Shown here: piece by piece, positions 27,225-35,606 of the stretch
How positions within the stretch are numbered: the stretch's first letter is position 1
How the letters are laid out: each line of letters opens with the position of its first letter
Assembly: GCA_016200825.1 (NCBI GenBank)
Contig: JACQEA010000335.1
Location: forward strand, 1 to 41,502
Direction of reading: 5' to 3'
From: Chloroflexota bacterium
GTDB lineage: Bacteria > Chloroflexota > Anaerolineae > UBA4142
DNA length: 41,502 nucleotides
Program-made: the position numbers and the translations under genes
Notes under the pieces: model-generated
Databases searched by the model: none
Seen by the model: only the letters and a program-made list of their open reading frames with translations
What the model was told of the DNA's origin: nothing

Positions 27225-29189
27225 ATGTGCGGCATCACAGGTTTCTGGCAATCATCGGGCGAAGAGCAAGCATTACTATGCGCGCGCGTGACGCGCATGG
27301 CGGATTGCATCGCGCATCGCGGTCCCGATGATTCGGGTGTGTGGGTGGATGCTGCCGCCGGTTTGGCGTTGGGTTTTCGGCGGCTCGCCATTCTCGATCT
27401 CACTCCGACCGGACATCAACCGATGCTTTCCGCCGACGGACGTTGCGCGATTATTTTTAACGGCGAAATTTATAATGAACGCGAATTGCGCGCGGAGGCG
27501 GAAGCGCGCGGCGTCCGTTTTCGCGGCCGTTCCGACACCGAAGTGATTGTGGAAAACGCGGCGCGCGGCGGCGCGGAAAAAATTATTCCGCAATTGTGGG
27601 GAATGTTCGCGCTCGCAATTTGGGATCGCGAAAAAAGAGAATTGACGCTCGCGCGCGATCGTCTTGGCAAAAAGCCGCTCTATTACGCGCAATTCGGCGG
27701 AACATTTTTGTTTGGGTCTGAACTCAAAGCGTTGCGTCAGCATCCAGATTTCAAAGCCGAAATCAATCGCGCGGCTCTGGTTTTGTATTTGCGACATGGA
27801 TATGTGCCGGCGCCTCTTTCAATTTATTCCGGAGTTTACAAATTGCCGGCGGGGCATCTTCTCACCGTCCGCGCCGATCATTCGTATCACACGCGTCCGT
27901 ATTGGGACGCCGCGCAAGTAATTGAAAAGAGTGCAAACAACCGGCTGCAACTCGATGATGCGGGCGCGATCGAACAACTGGATTCGCTTCTGCGCGATTC
28001 GGTTGCGCGGCGAATGGTTGCCGATGTTCCATTGGGCGCATTTTTATCCGGCGGTATTGATTCTTCGACTGTTGTCGCGTTGATGCAGGCACAAAGCAAT
28101 CGTCCGGTAAAATCGTTCAGTATTGGTTTTCATATTCCTTCTTACAACGAAGCCACATTTGCCAAGCAGGTGGCTTTGCATCTCGGCACTGATCACACTG
28201 AGTTGTACGTCACCGCTGAAGAAGCGCAAGCCGTTATTCCGCGATTGCCTGATTTGTATGACGAACCGTTTTCGGATTCCTCGCAGATTCCAACCTTCTT
28301 GATCTCACAACTCGCGCGAAAACATGTAACGGTCGCGCTTTCCGGGGATGGCGGAGATGAATTGTTTGCCGGATATAATCGTTACAATCTCGCGATGGAT
28401 GTTTGGAATCGGATGAGATTTATTCCTTCCGCGCTTCGCCGATTGGCGGGTCGCGGAATCCGGTATCTCAATCCTGAACAATGGAACGCGATTTATCATC
28501 GCATGGAATGGATTATCCCATCAAAACTAAGGATGAATCTTGCGGGCGAAAAAATTTTCAAATTCGCTAACTTTGCCGACATTACCGACCCAGAGTTGCT
28601 TTATCTGAATCTCATTTCAATATGGAAGACTGAAGATGCCAAGAACTTGGTCTGCGACGCGTCTGAAAAATTCCGCGAGCCATTCAAATTTCCGCGCGGC
28701 TTGCTGGGCTTTCTCGAGCAAATGATGTTTTTGGATCTAGTTACTTATTTGCCGGACGATATTCTCGCGAAAGTAGATCGCGCCAGTATGGGCGTTAGTC
28801 TCGAAGTGCGCGCGCCTTTTCTCGATCATCGCGTCGTGGAATGGGTGTGGAGACTGCCGAATCGGTTTAAGCAAAGAGATGGACAATCGAAATGGTTATT
28901 GCGGCAAGTGTTGTCCAAATATGTTCCAACGGAATTAAGCGAGCGACCCAAAATGGGATTTGGAGTTCCGATTGATGTTTGGCTCCGAGGTCCGCTAAAA
29001 GACTGGGCAGAAAATTTATTGAGTGAAGAAAAACTGAGAGACGCCGGTCTCTTCCGTCCAGAGCCAATCCGTAAAGTGTGGGCAAGTCATTTGAAAGGCA
29101 ATACCAACGAGCAATACAAATTGTGGGCAATCTTGATGTTCCAAGCGTGGAACGAGCGCTGGATGAAAGCTGAAAAAATAGTACGATGA
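27225..29189 (+). CDS. asnB: Asparagine synthase family glutamine amidotransferase, copy 3
   Basis: MCGITGFW begins at ATG 27225 (the ORF-track TTG 27213 was trimmed so that Cys is residue 2). The PP-loop reads FLSGGIDSST. Confidence 0.85.
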   Translation: MCGITGFWQSSGEEQALLCARVTRMADCIAHRGPDDSGVWVDAAAGLALGFRRLAILDLTPTGHQPMLSADGRCAIIFNGEIYNERELRAEAEARGVRFRGRSDTEVIVENAARGGAEKIIPQLWGMFALAIWDREKRELTLARDRLGKKPLYYAQFGGTFLFGSELKALRQHPDFKAEINRAALVLYLRHGYVPAPLSIYSGVYKLPAGHLLTVRADHSYHTRPYWDAAQVIEKSANNRLQLDDAGAIEQLDSLLRDSVARRMVADVPLGAFLSGGIDSSTVVALMQAQSNRPVKSFSIGFHIPSYNEATFAKQVALHLGTDHTELYVTAEEAQAVIPRLPDLYDEPFSDSSQIPTFLISQLARKHVTVALSGDGGDELFAGYNRYNLAMDVWNRMRFIPSALRRLAGRGIRYLNPEQWNAIYHRMEWIIPSKLRMNLAGEKIFKFANFADITDPELLYLNLISIWKTEDAKNLVCDASEKFREPFKFPRGLLGFLEQMMFLDLVTYLPDDILAKVDRASMGVSLEVRAPFLDHRVVEWVWRLPNRFKQRDGQSKWLLRQVLSKYVPTELSERPKMGFGVPIDVWLRGPLKDWAENLLSEEKLRDAGLFRPEPIRKVWASHLKGNTNEQYKLWAILMFQAWNERWMKAEKIVR

Positions 29190-30028
29190 ATGAAATGCCT
29201 AACGTAGATGTTCAAACCATCCGCGGATTCGGCGACGAATGGACGCGCTATGATCAGTCGGAGCTTTCTGATGCGGAACGCGCGGACATTTTTCAGCAGT
29301 ACTTTTCTATTTTTCCATGGGAATTCTTGCCGGAGAATGCAACAGGTTTCGATCTCGGTTGTGGGAGTGGTCGCTGGGCAAAAAGTGTCGCGCCGCGCGT
29401 GGGTAAACTGCATTGCATTGATCCCAGCGAAAAAGCAATGCGCGTGGCGCAACGCAATTTGCGCGCAGTTCCAAATTGCGAATTTCATCTCGCCAGCGTA
29501 GATCAAATTCCTCTCTCAGACCATTCAATGGATTTCGGTTATGCGCTCGGCGTGCTTCATCACGTGCCCGATACTCGCGCGGGCATCCGCGCATGCGCGA
29601 TGAAACTCAAACCCGGCGCACCGCTGTTGCTTTATCTCTACTATGCGTTCGACAGTCGCCCACTTTGGTTTCGTGCGATCTGGAAGCTGTCCGATTTATT
29701 CCGCCGCATAATTTCACAACTCCCGTTTTTTCTAAAGTCCAGCATTAGTTGGTTAATTGCGGCGACAATTTATTTTCCGCTTGCGCGCGTGGCACGCGGA
29801 TTGGAAAAGATCGGCTGGAATGTTGAGCCCATTCCACTCTCGCAATATCGTCGGCGCAGTTTTTACATCATGCGCACTGATGCGCTAGATCGGTTTGGGA
29901 CTAGACTTGAAAAACGATTTACGCAAAAAGAAATCCGGGAGATGATGGAGCAAAGTGGCTTGGAGCGCATCACATTCTCACCGCATGTTCCGTATTGGTG
30001 CGCATTAGGGTACAAAAAGCAAACTTGA
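29186..30028 (+). CDS. Class I SAM-dependent methyltransferase
   Basis: Motif I is GFDLGCGSGRW, followed by CIDPS and LHHVPD...LKPGAPLLL. Its start forms an ATGA overlap with asnB copy 3. A hydrophobic segment lies near the C-terminus (ISWLIAATIYFPLA). Confidence 0.75.
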   Translation: MNEMPNVDVQTIRGFGDEWTRYDQSELSDAERADIFQQYFSIFPWEFLPENATGFDLGCGSGRWAKSVAPRVGKLHCIDPSEKAMRVAQRNLRAVPNCEFHLASVDQIPLSDHSMDFGYALGVLHHVPDTRAGIRACAMKLKPGAPLLLYLYYAFDSRPLWFRAIWKLSDLFRRIISQLPFFLKSSISWLIAATIYFPLARVARGLEKIGWNVEPIPLSQYRRRSFYIMRTDALDRFGTRLEKRFTQKEIREMMEQSGLERITFSPHVPYWCALGYKKQT

Positions 30029-30126
30029 GTTGGTCCGCCAAAAGATTACGTTGGGATTTATAAGTAGCGAAGAGAGAATCAAGGATTTGAATTTGATCGA
30101 ATATCAAAGGTTGGAAACATTTAGGT

Positions 30127-31338
30127 ATGATAGACGAAATTCGCGTTGCACATATCACTGCGACTGATTTGTCCTTGCACTATCTCTTACTAAATCAACT
30201 ACGATTTCTCCAAAAAAAAGGATACATCGTTACCGGAATTTCTTCGCCCGGCGCGGAGACCAAGTACCTCAATCAGACTAGCATTCGTTTTCTTCCCATC
30301 CAAATTACGCGCCATCCGTTTACCCCCATTCATGATCTCCGCGCTCTGTGGCAACTATATCAAACATTCCGCCGCGAGCGCTTTACAATTGTCCACACCC
30401 ATACGCCCAAACCGGGCTTGTTGGGACAACTCGCCGCAAAGGTTGCCGGCGTGCCGGTTATCGTCAATACACTGCACGGATTTTATTTTCACGAACGGAT
30501 GACTCCGCTCTTGAGGCGATTTTACATCGCGATTGAAAAAATCGCGGCTGCATGTTCTGATGTGATCCTCTCGCAAAATTCCGAAGATGTCGAGACCGCA
30601 ATTCAGGAAGGTATTTGTCAGCGCGAGAAAATTAAATTTCTTGGCAATGGCATTGACTTGGACCGCTTCGATCCCGGTCGGATGGAGAGAGAAAAAGTAA
30701 ATCGAACCCGCGCGGACCTTGGCATCGCGAAGAACGCGCGGGTCGTTGGCTTTGTCGGACGGTTAGTGCGTGAAAAAGGTCTGCTTGAACTTTTCGCGGC
30801 GATGCGCTTGGTTAGTGAACGTGTGCCGAATGTAATCTTGTTGGTTGTTGGGCCGGTAGATTCTGAAAAGCGCGACGCGCTTTCATCGGAGACCGCGCGT
30901 GAATATGGGATTGAAGCCAATTGCCGTTTTACCGGCCTTCGTCAAGATATGCCGGAACTATATTCTCTAATGGACGTTTTTGTCCTGCCTTCGCATCGCG
31001 AAGGTTTTCCGCGCGCGCCGATGGAAGCATCAGCAATGGGCGTGCCGTCAATCGTTACGGATATTCGCGGATGTCGCCAAGTTGTCGAACAGGGACAGAA
31101 TGGACTGCTAGTACCGCTCGGCGACGTGAACGCGCTTGCGGACGCAATCACCACGCTTCTCAATGATTCTGAAATCGCGCGCAAAATGAGCCAAGCCGCG
31201 CGCCGCATCGCGCAAGAACGTTTCGACGAACGATTTGTGTTTGAGCGCGTTCAGGAAGAATACGCGCACCTCTTGCGAAACAAACACATTCCGATTCCTC
31301 TTCCCCAAACTTCCGTGAATCGAACAAACTCGCTATAA
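30127..31338 (+). CDS. Glycosyltransferase family 4 (GT-B, group 1)
   Basis: The E-x7-E region reads PSHREGFPRAPMEASAMGVPSIVTDIRGCRQVVEQGQNGLLVP. Confidence 0.85.
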   Translation: MIDEIRVAHITATDLSLHYLLLNQLRFLQKKGYIVTGISSPGAETKYLNQTSIRFLPIQITRHPFTPIHDLRALWQLYQTFRRERFTIVHTHTPKPGLLGQLAAKVAGVPVIVNTLHGFYFHERMTPLLRRFYIAIEKIAAACSDVILSQNSEDVETAIQEGICQREKIKFLGNGIDLDRFDPGRMEREKVNRTRADLGIAKNARVVGFVGRLVREKGLLELFAAMRLVSERVPNVILLVVGPVDSEKRDALSSETAREYGIEANCRFTGLRQDMPELYSLMDVFVLPSHREGFPRAPMEASAMGVPSIVTDIRGCRQVVEQGQNGLLVPLGDVNALADAITTLLNDSEIARKMSQAARRIAQERFDERFVFERVQEEYAHLLRNKHIPIPLPQTSVNRTNSL

Positions 31339-31348
31339 TTGACTTGTC

Positions 31349-31960
31349 GTGGGCAAAACCATCCAACTTGGAATCAAGCGCGCATTCGATGTGGTTGTTT
31401 CTATCGCCGCGCTCGTTGTCCTTTCACCTCTCATCGCGCTGATTGCGATTGCGATCAAGCGCGATAGTCCCGGTTCAATTTTTTTCGTGCAAGAACGCGT
31501 CGGCAAAGATGGCAAACCATTCCGCGCGATAAAATTCCGGACGATGATTGTAAACGCGGAAAAAATTGGACTGGGGCTCGAAATCGCACACGACGACGCG
31601 CGCATTACGCGGGTCGGACATGTGTTGCGTCGCTGGACGCTCGATGAAATTCCACAACTCTTCAACGTTTTGCGTAACGAGATGAGTGTCATTGGTCCAC
31701 GTCCCACAGTGCAGAGTCAAGTTGAACGCTATACTCCTTGGCAACGCCGCCGACTCACGATGAAACCGGGCATGGCAGGTTGGGCGTGGATTCATGGGCG
31801 AAATAATTTGGCGTGGTCGCGGCGGATTGAGTTGGATGTCTGGTATGTAGAGCATTGGTCATTGTGGCTCGACGTGAAAATTTTTTTTATAGCAGTCCTA
31901 ATTTTATTTCGTCATGAAGGCGTGTACGGTACCGACGGCATCGCGCGGGATTTTGAATAA
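31349..31960 (+). CDS. Small monotopic phosphoglycosyl transferase (bacterial sugar transferase family, PglC/WbaP C-domain-like), initiating enzyme
   Basis: KRAFDVVVS..., the re-entrant helix, SPGSIFFVQERVG, FRAIKFRTM, DEIPQLFNVLRNEMSVIGPRP are present. The start is GTG 31349. Confidence 0.85.
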   Translation: MGKTIQLGIKRAFDVVVSIAALVVLSPLIALIAIAIKRDSPGSIFFVQERVGKDGKPFRAIKFRTMIVNAEKIGLGLEIAHDDARITRVGHVLRRWTLDEIPQLFNVLRNEMSVIGPRPTVQSQVERYTPWQRRRLTMKPGMAGWAWIHGRNNLAWSRRIELDVWYVEHWSLWLDVKIFFIAVLILFRHEGVYGTDGIARDFE

Positions 31961-31964
31961 TTCG

Positions 31965-32588
31965 ATGAAAAAAATAGCATTGCTCGGCGCAGGCGGGCAC
32001 GCGCGTGTGGTGTGGGATACTTTGCATGCATGCGCGGACTGCTCCGTCGTTGCGGTATTGGACGAAGACCCAAAACGCTGGGGCGAAAAATTTTTCGATC
32101 TGGAAATTCGCGGACCACTCGATACGATTCGCGATACGAGCGCGGATGCAGTCGTTATTGGCATTGGAGATAATCGCGCGCGTCAGCGCGTATACGAGCA
32201 AGTGAAAATGCTAAAGATTCCGCTAGTCAATGCAATTCATCCGCGCGCGGTGATTGCAACGAACGTGGAATTGGGCGAAGGTATAGTCGCGTTTGCGAAT
32301 GTCGTTGTAAATATCGGCGCGCGGATTGGCGATAACGTTATTCTGAACACCGCTTGCACGATTGATCACGATTGCATTATCGGCGCGCACGCGCATATCG
32401 CGCCGGGCGCGCATCTTGCCGGCAGTATTCGAGTTGGTGCGGGCACGCTCGTGGGTATTGGCGCCGCGATTATTCCAAATCTCGTCGTAGGCGATTGGTC
32501 GATAATTGGTGCGGGCAGTGCGGTTGTTCGCGATGTTCCCGCCGGCGCAACGGTCGTAGGCGCGCCTGCCCGCGTGGTGGAGAAATAA
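31965..32588 (+). CDS. NeuD/PglD-family sugar N-acetyltransferase (hexapeptide repeat)
   Basis: The N-terminus MKKIALLGAGGHARVV is followed by a left-handed beta-helix C-terminus (IGAHAHIAPGAHLAGSIRVGAGTLVGIGAAI). The ORF-track start 31914 was trimmed to ATG 31965. Confidence 0.8.
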   Translation: MKKIALLGAGGHARVVWDTLHACADCSVVAVLDEDPKRWGEKFFDLEIRGPLDTIRDTSADAVVIGIGDNRARQRVYEQVKMLKIPLVNAIHPRAVIATNVELGEGIVAFANVVVNIGARIGDNVILNTACTIDHDCIIGAHAHIAPGAHLAGSIRVGAGTLVGIGAAIIPNLVVGDWSIIGAGSAVVRDVPAGATVVGAPARVVEK

Positions 32589-32589
32589 A

Positions 32590-33738
32590 TTGGCGCTAAA
32601 AATTTCAATGTCCGAACCGGATATTACGCAAGTTGAAATCGACGCAGTTAATCGCGTGTTGCAAACGCCCCACCTCAGTATCGGTCCGGTGATTGATGAA
32701 TTCGAACACGCGTGGGCGCGGTTTGTCGGCGCGCGTTACGCGGTCGGCGTGTCGAGCGGGACAGCCGGTTTGCATTGCGCGGTGATCGCGGCTGGAGTCG
32801 GTGCGGGTGACGAAGTGATCACGACGCCATTCAGTTTTGTCGCGTCGGCGAACGTGATGCTTTATCAAAATGCAACGCCGATCTTTGCCGATATTGATTC
32901 CCAAACGTTGAACATTGACCCGAATCAGGTCGAAGATAAAATTAAATCGCGATTACGCGCTGGCGCGCGCTTCAAAGCAATCATGCCGGTGCACGTGTTT
33001 CATCAGCCGTGCGACATGGACCCATTGATGGAAATTGCCGCGCGCTATGATTTGCTCGTCATCGAAGATGCCTGCGAGGCGATGGGCGCACAATACAACG
33101 GACGCGCAGTTGGTACTTTTGGCAAAGCGGCAGTCTTTGCTTTTTATCCTAACAAACAAATGACGACCGGCGAAGGCGGGATGATCGTGACGGACGATAC
33201 AGAATGGGCGCAGCTCTTTCGCAGTCTGCGTAATCAGGGGCGCGACGAAAATGGAACGTGGTTGCATCACATCCGACTCGGTTACAATTATCGTTTAGAC
33301 GAATTGAGCGCGGCATTGGGTCTGGCACAGTTGAGTCGCATTGACGAACTATTGGAAAAAAGGGAGCGCGTCGCGCAAATGTATAATGCGCGCCTGCGCG
33401 GAATGCCGGGCGTTCAGATTCCGTTCATTGCGCCACAGACGACGCGTAGCAGTTGGTTTGTGTACGTCGTCCGAATTGCATCCGAGATTGATCGCGACGC
33501 GGTTTTGCGCGAGCTCGCTGCGCGTGGAATTCCGGCGCGCCCGTACTTTACGCCGATTCATCTTCAACCATTTTATCGGACCCGCTTTGGTTTTCAAGAA
33601 GGCGATTTCCCGATCACCGAACAAGTTGCACGCACCACGCTGGCTTTGCCTTTTCATAGCAACCTGAATGCAGAAAAAATTGATTTCATTGGCGAGACGC
33701 TTTCCCAAATTCTCGATTCGCGACGGTCGTTGCAATGA
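32590..33738 (+). CDS. DegT-family sugar aminotransferase (third copy; PglE-like by context)
   Basis: GAGDEVITTPFSFVASAN, IEDACEAMGA and FYPNKQMTTGEGG (PLP-Lys) are present. TTG 32590 or ATG 32608 are the possible starts. Confidence 0.85.
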   Translation: MALKISMSEPDITQVEIDAVNRVLQTPHLSIGPVIDEFEHAWARFVGARYAVGVSSGTAGLHCAVIAAGVGAGDEVITTPFSFVASANVMLYQNATPIFADIDSQTLNIDPNQVEDKIKSRLRAGARFKAIMPVHVFHQPCDMDPLMEIAARYDLLVIEDACEAMGAQYNGRAVGTFGKAAVFAFYPNKQMTTGEGGMIVTDDTEWAQLFRSLRNQGRDENGTWLHHIRLGYNYRLDELSAALGLAQLSRIDELLEKRERVAQMYNARLRGMPGVQIPFIAPQTTRSSWFVYVVRIASEIDRDAVLRELAARGIPARPYFTPIHLQPFYRTRFGFQEGDFPITEQVARTTLALPFHSNLNAEKIDFIGETLSQILDSRRSLQ

Positions 33739-35576
33739 CATTGCGTAATCGCCATTTCCTCCTTTTAGATATTGTTCTCACTCTGCTCTCCGTAGCGTTC
33801 GCGTTCAGTCTCCGTTTCGACACGTTGAATGCCTTTGACTATTTCGCGCAAAGTTGGTTCTTTGTGCCGCTCTTGCTTATCTTTCGCACGCCATTGTTGT
33901 TTCTGTTCGGCGTGTACCGTCGTTTGTGGCATTATGCGAGTGTTAACGAATTTTTTTCTCTCGGTCAAGCGATCGGATTGAGTTCGATACTGACGGGCGC
34001 GGTCATCGTGCTACTCGTCGTGCCGATAGTTGGTGTTTCAGGGTTTCCGCGATCGGTGATTCTATTAGAAGCGTTGCTCGCGCTCGTGATGATCGGCGGT
34101 TTGCGTTTTACATTGCGCTTGTCGCCGAACGTGCGACGACGGTCATTTTTCGTTTTAAGCACGGTTAAACAACGCGTTCTTGTTTTTGGCGCCGGAGATG
34201 CGGGCTCGCTCATTGTACGTGAAATGATTGCCAATCCTGCATTGGGCTTGGAACCAATTGGATTTGTTGATGATGATTTCACCAAGAAAGGCATGCGGAT
34301 TCACAATCTGCCGGTTTTAGGCGACCGCGCTTCTGTTGGAAAAATCGTCGCGGAATGTAATATTGACGCGGCAATCGTCGCGATGCCGACCGCGCCGGGC
34401 AAAGTTATCCGCGAAGTGATCGAAGCGTGCCGGCAAGCCAGTATTCCGTTCAAAACGATTCCGGGTTTGTACGAAATTCTAAGTGGGAAAGTGCAGGTCA
34501 ATGCGATTCGTCAAGTGGAATTGGAAGATTTGCTTCGGCGCGATCCAGTAACGATTGACTTGGATGAGGTCGGCAAATATTTGCAAAACGCGCGGGTGTT
34601 GGTTACTGGCGCCGGCGGTTCGATTGGCTCTGAGTTGTGTCGCCAAATCACGCGTTTTCATCCCGCCGCGTTGATTCTATATGAATTGAGCGAAAACAAT
34701 CTCTATCAAATTGATCGCGAACTTCAACAATCCGGCACGCGCATAGTTCCCGTTTTGGGAGACGTGCGCGATTCAGAAAAAATCGCGAGCGTATTCGCGC
34801 GCGATCAACCGCAAGTTGTTTTCCACGCCGCGGCGCACAAGCACGTGCCGCTGACAGAACTCAACCCGGATGAAGTGATCGCCAATAATGTTTTGGGTAC
34901 GCGCAATCTTTTGGACGCTTGCGTACAACATCGCGTCCGCCGATTTGTGCTAATCTCGACCGATAAAGCCGTAAATCCACGCAGTGTGATGGGAGCGAGC
35001 AAGCGCGTAGCGGAAATGATGGTGCAGAGCAAATTGTATCGCAACGAAAATTTTTCACCGGTGGCAGTCCGGTTCGGTAATGTGTTGGGGAGTAACGGAA
35101 GTGTTGTGCCTTTATTCAAGGAGCAAATCGCCGCAGGCGGACCAGTGACCGTGACGCACTCAGACATGGAACGCTATTTCATGACAATTCCGGAAGCGGT
35201 CAGCTTAATCATCCAAGCGGGCGCGCTAGGTCAAGGCGGAGAAATCTTTGTTCTGGACATGGGCGAACCGGTGAAGATTACCGATCTCGCCAAAGATTTA
35301 ATTCGATTATCCGGCTTTGAACCGGATCGCGATATTCCAATTGTTTTTACCGGCACACGCCCCGGTGAAAAGTTACGCGAGGAATTGTTCGCCCATAACG
35401 AAACGCGCGTGCTCACCAAACATCCGCAAATTCAGATCGCGCGCGGCGCGCCAATGAATGATAACTTTTTGCGAGTGGCAATCGAAATGTTGAGTGCGGA
35501 TATACAGAATCACGATCCAACTAGTCTCAAGCGAAAATTGCAGGAGATCGTTCCAGAGTTTTCGATAAACACCTAA
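33735..35576 (+). CDS. Membrane-anchored UDP-GlcNAc 4,6-dehydratase family (CapD/WbpM/PglF-like polysaccharide biosynthesis protein)
   Basis: Four N-terminal hydrophobic segments are followed by two Rossmann regions (VLVFGAGDAGS; VLVTGAGGSIGSELCRQI) and TDKAVNP. Its start forms an ATGA overlap with the upstream gene. Confidence 0.85.
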   Translation: MTLRNRHFLLLDIVLTLLSVAFAFSLRFDTLNAFDYFAQSWFFVPLLLIFRTPLLFLFGVYRRLWHYASVNEFFSLGQAIGLSSILTGAVIVLLVVPIVGVSGFPRSVILLEALLALVMIGGLRFTLRLSPNVRRRSFFVLSTVKQRVLVFGAGDAGSLIVREMIANPALGLEPIGFVDDDFTKKGMRIHNLPVLGDRASVGKIVAECNIDAAIVAMPTAPGKVIREVIEACRQASIPFKTIPGLYEILSGKVQVNAIRQVELEDLLRRDPVTIDLDEVGKYLQNARVLVTGAGGSIGSELCRQITRFHPAALILYELSENNLYQIDRELQQSGTRIVPVLGDVRDSEKIASVFARDQPQVVFHAAAHKHVPLTELNPDEVIANNVLGTRNLLDACVQHRVRRFVLISTDKAVNPRSVMGASKRVAEMMVQSKLYRNENFSPVAVRFGNVLGSNGSVVPLFKEQIAAGGPVTVTHSDMERYFMTIPEAVSLIIQAGALGQGGEIFVLDMGEPVKITDLAKDLIRLSGFEPDRDIPIVFTGTRPGEKLREELFAHNETRVLTKHPQIQIARGAPMNDNFLRVAIEMLSADIQNHDPTSLKRKLQEIVPEFSINT

Positions 35577-35606
35577 TTCGCGATCACTTTGATTGCGCGG
35601 ACATTC

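Noticed and set aside
8177-29189. Alternative reading of the three AsnB homologues as lasso-peptide cyclases, beta-lactam/carbapenam synthetase-like enzymes, or housekeeping asparagine synthetases
   Set aside because: All three retain the N-terminal Cys2 glutaminase nucleophile, which lasso cyclases and beta-lactam synthetases generally lack. No precursor-peptide, protease or beta-lactam genes are nearby. The genes are embedded with overlaps in a glycan operon. A housekeeping role cannot be fully excluded without phylogeny.
30029-30126. Possible internal promoter in the 98-bp gap before the GT4 gene
   Set aside because: TTG-containing hexamers (ttgaat, ttgatc, ttggga) are present. None has a convincing -10 element at 16-18 nt spacing. 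Only a weak 5-bp-arm palindrome is present (ttgat-cgaat-atcaa).
35577-35606. Possible terminator in the 30-bp spacer between the convergent PglF-like (+) and DUF2079-like (-) genes
   Set aside because: I could find no stable stem-loop or T-run. Only a weak partial symmetry is present (cgcgatca...tgattgcgcg).
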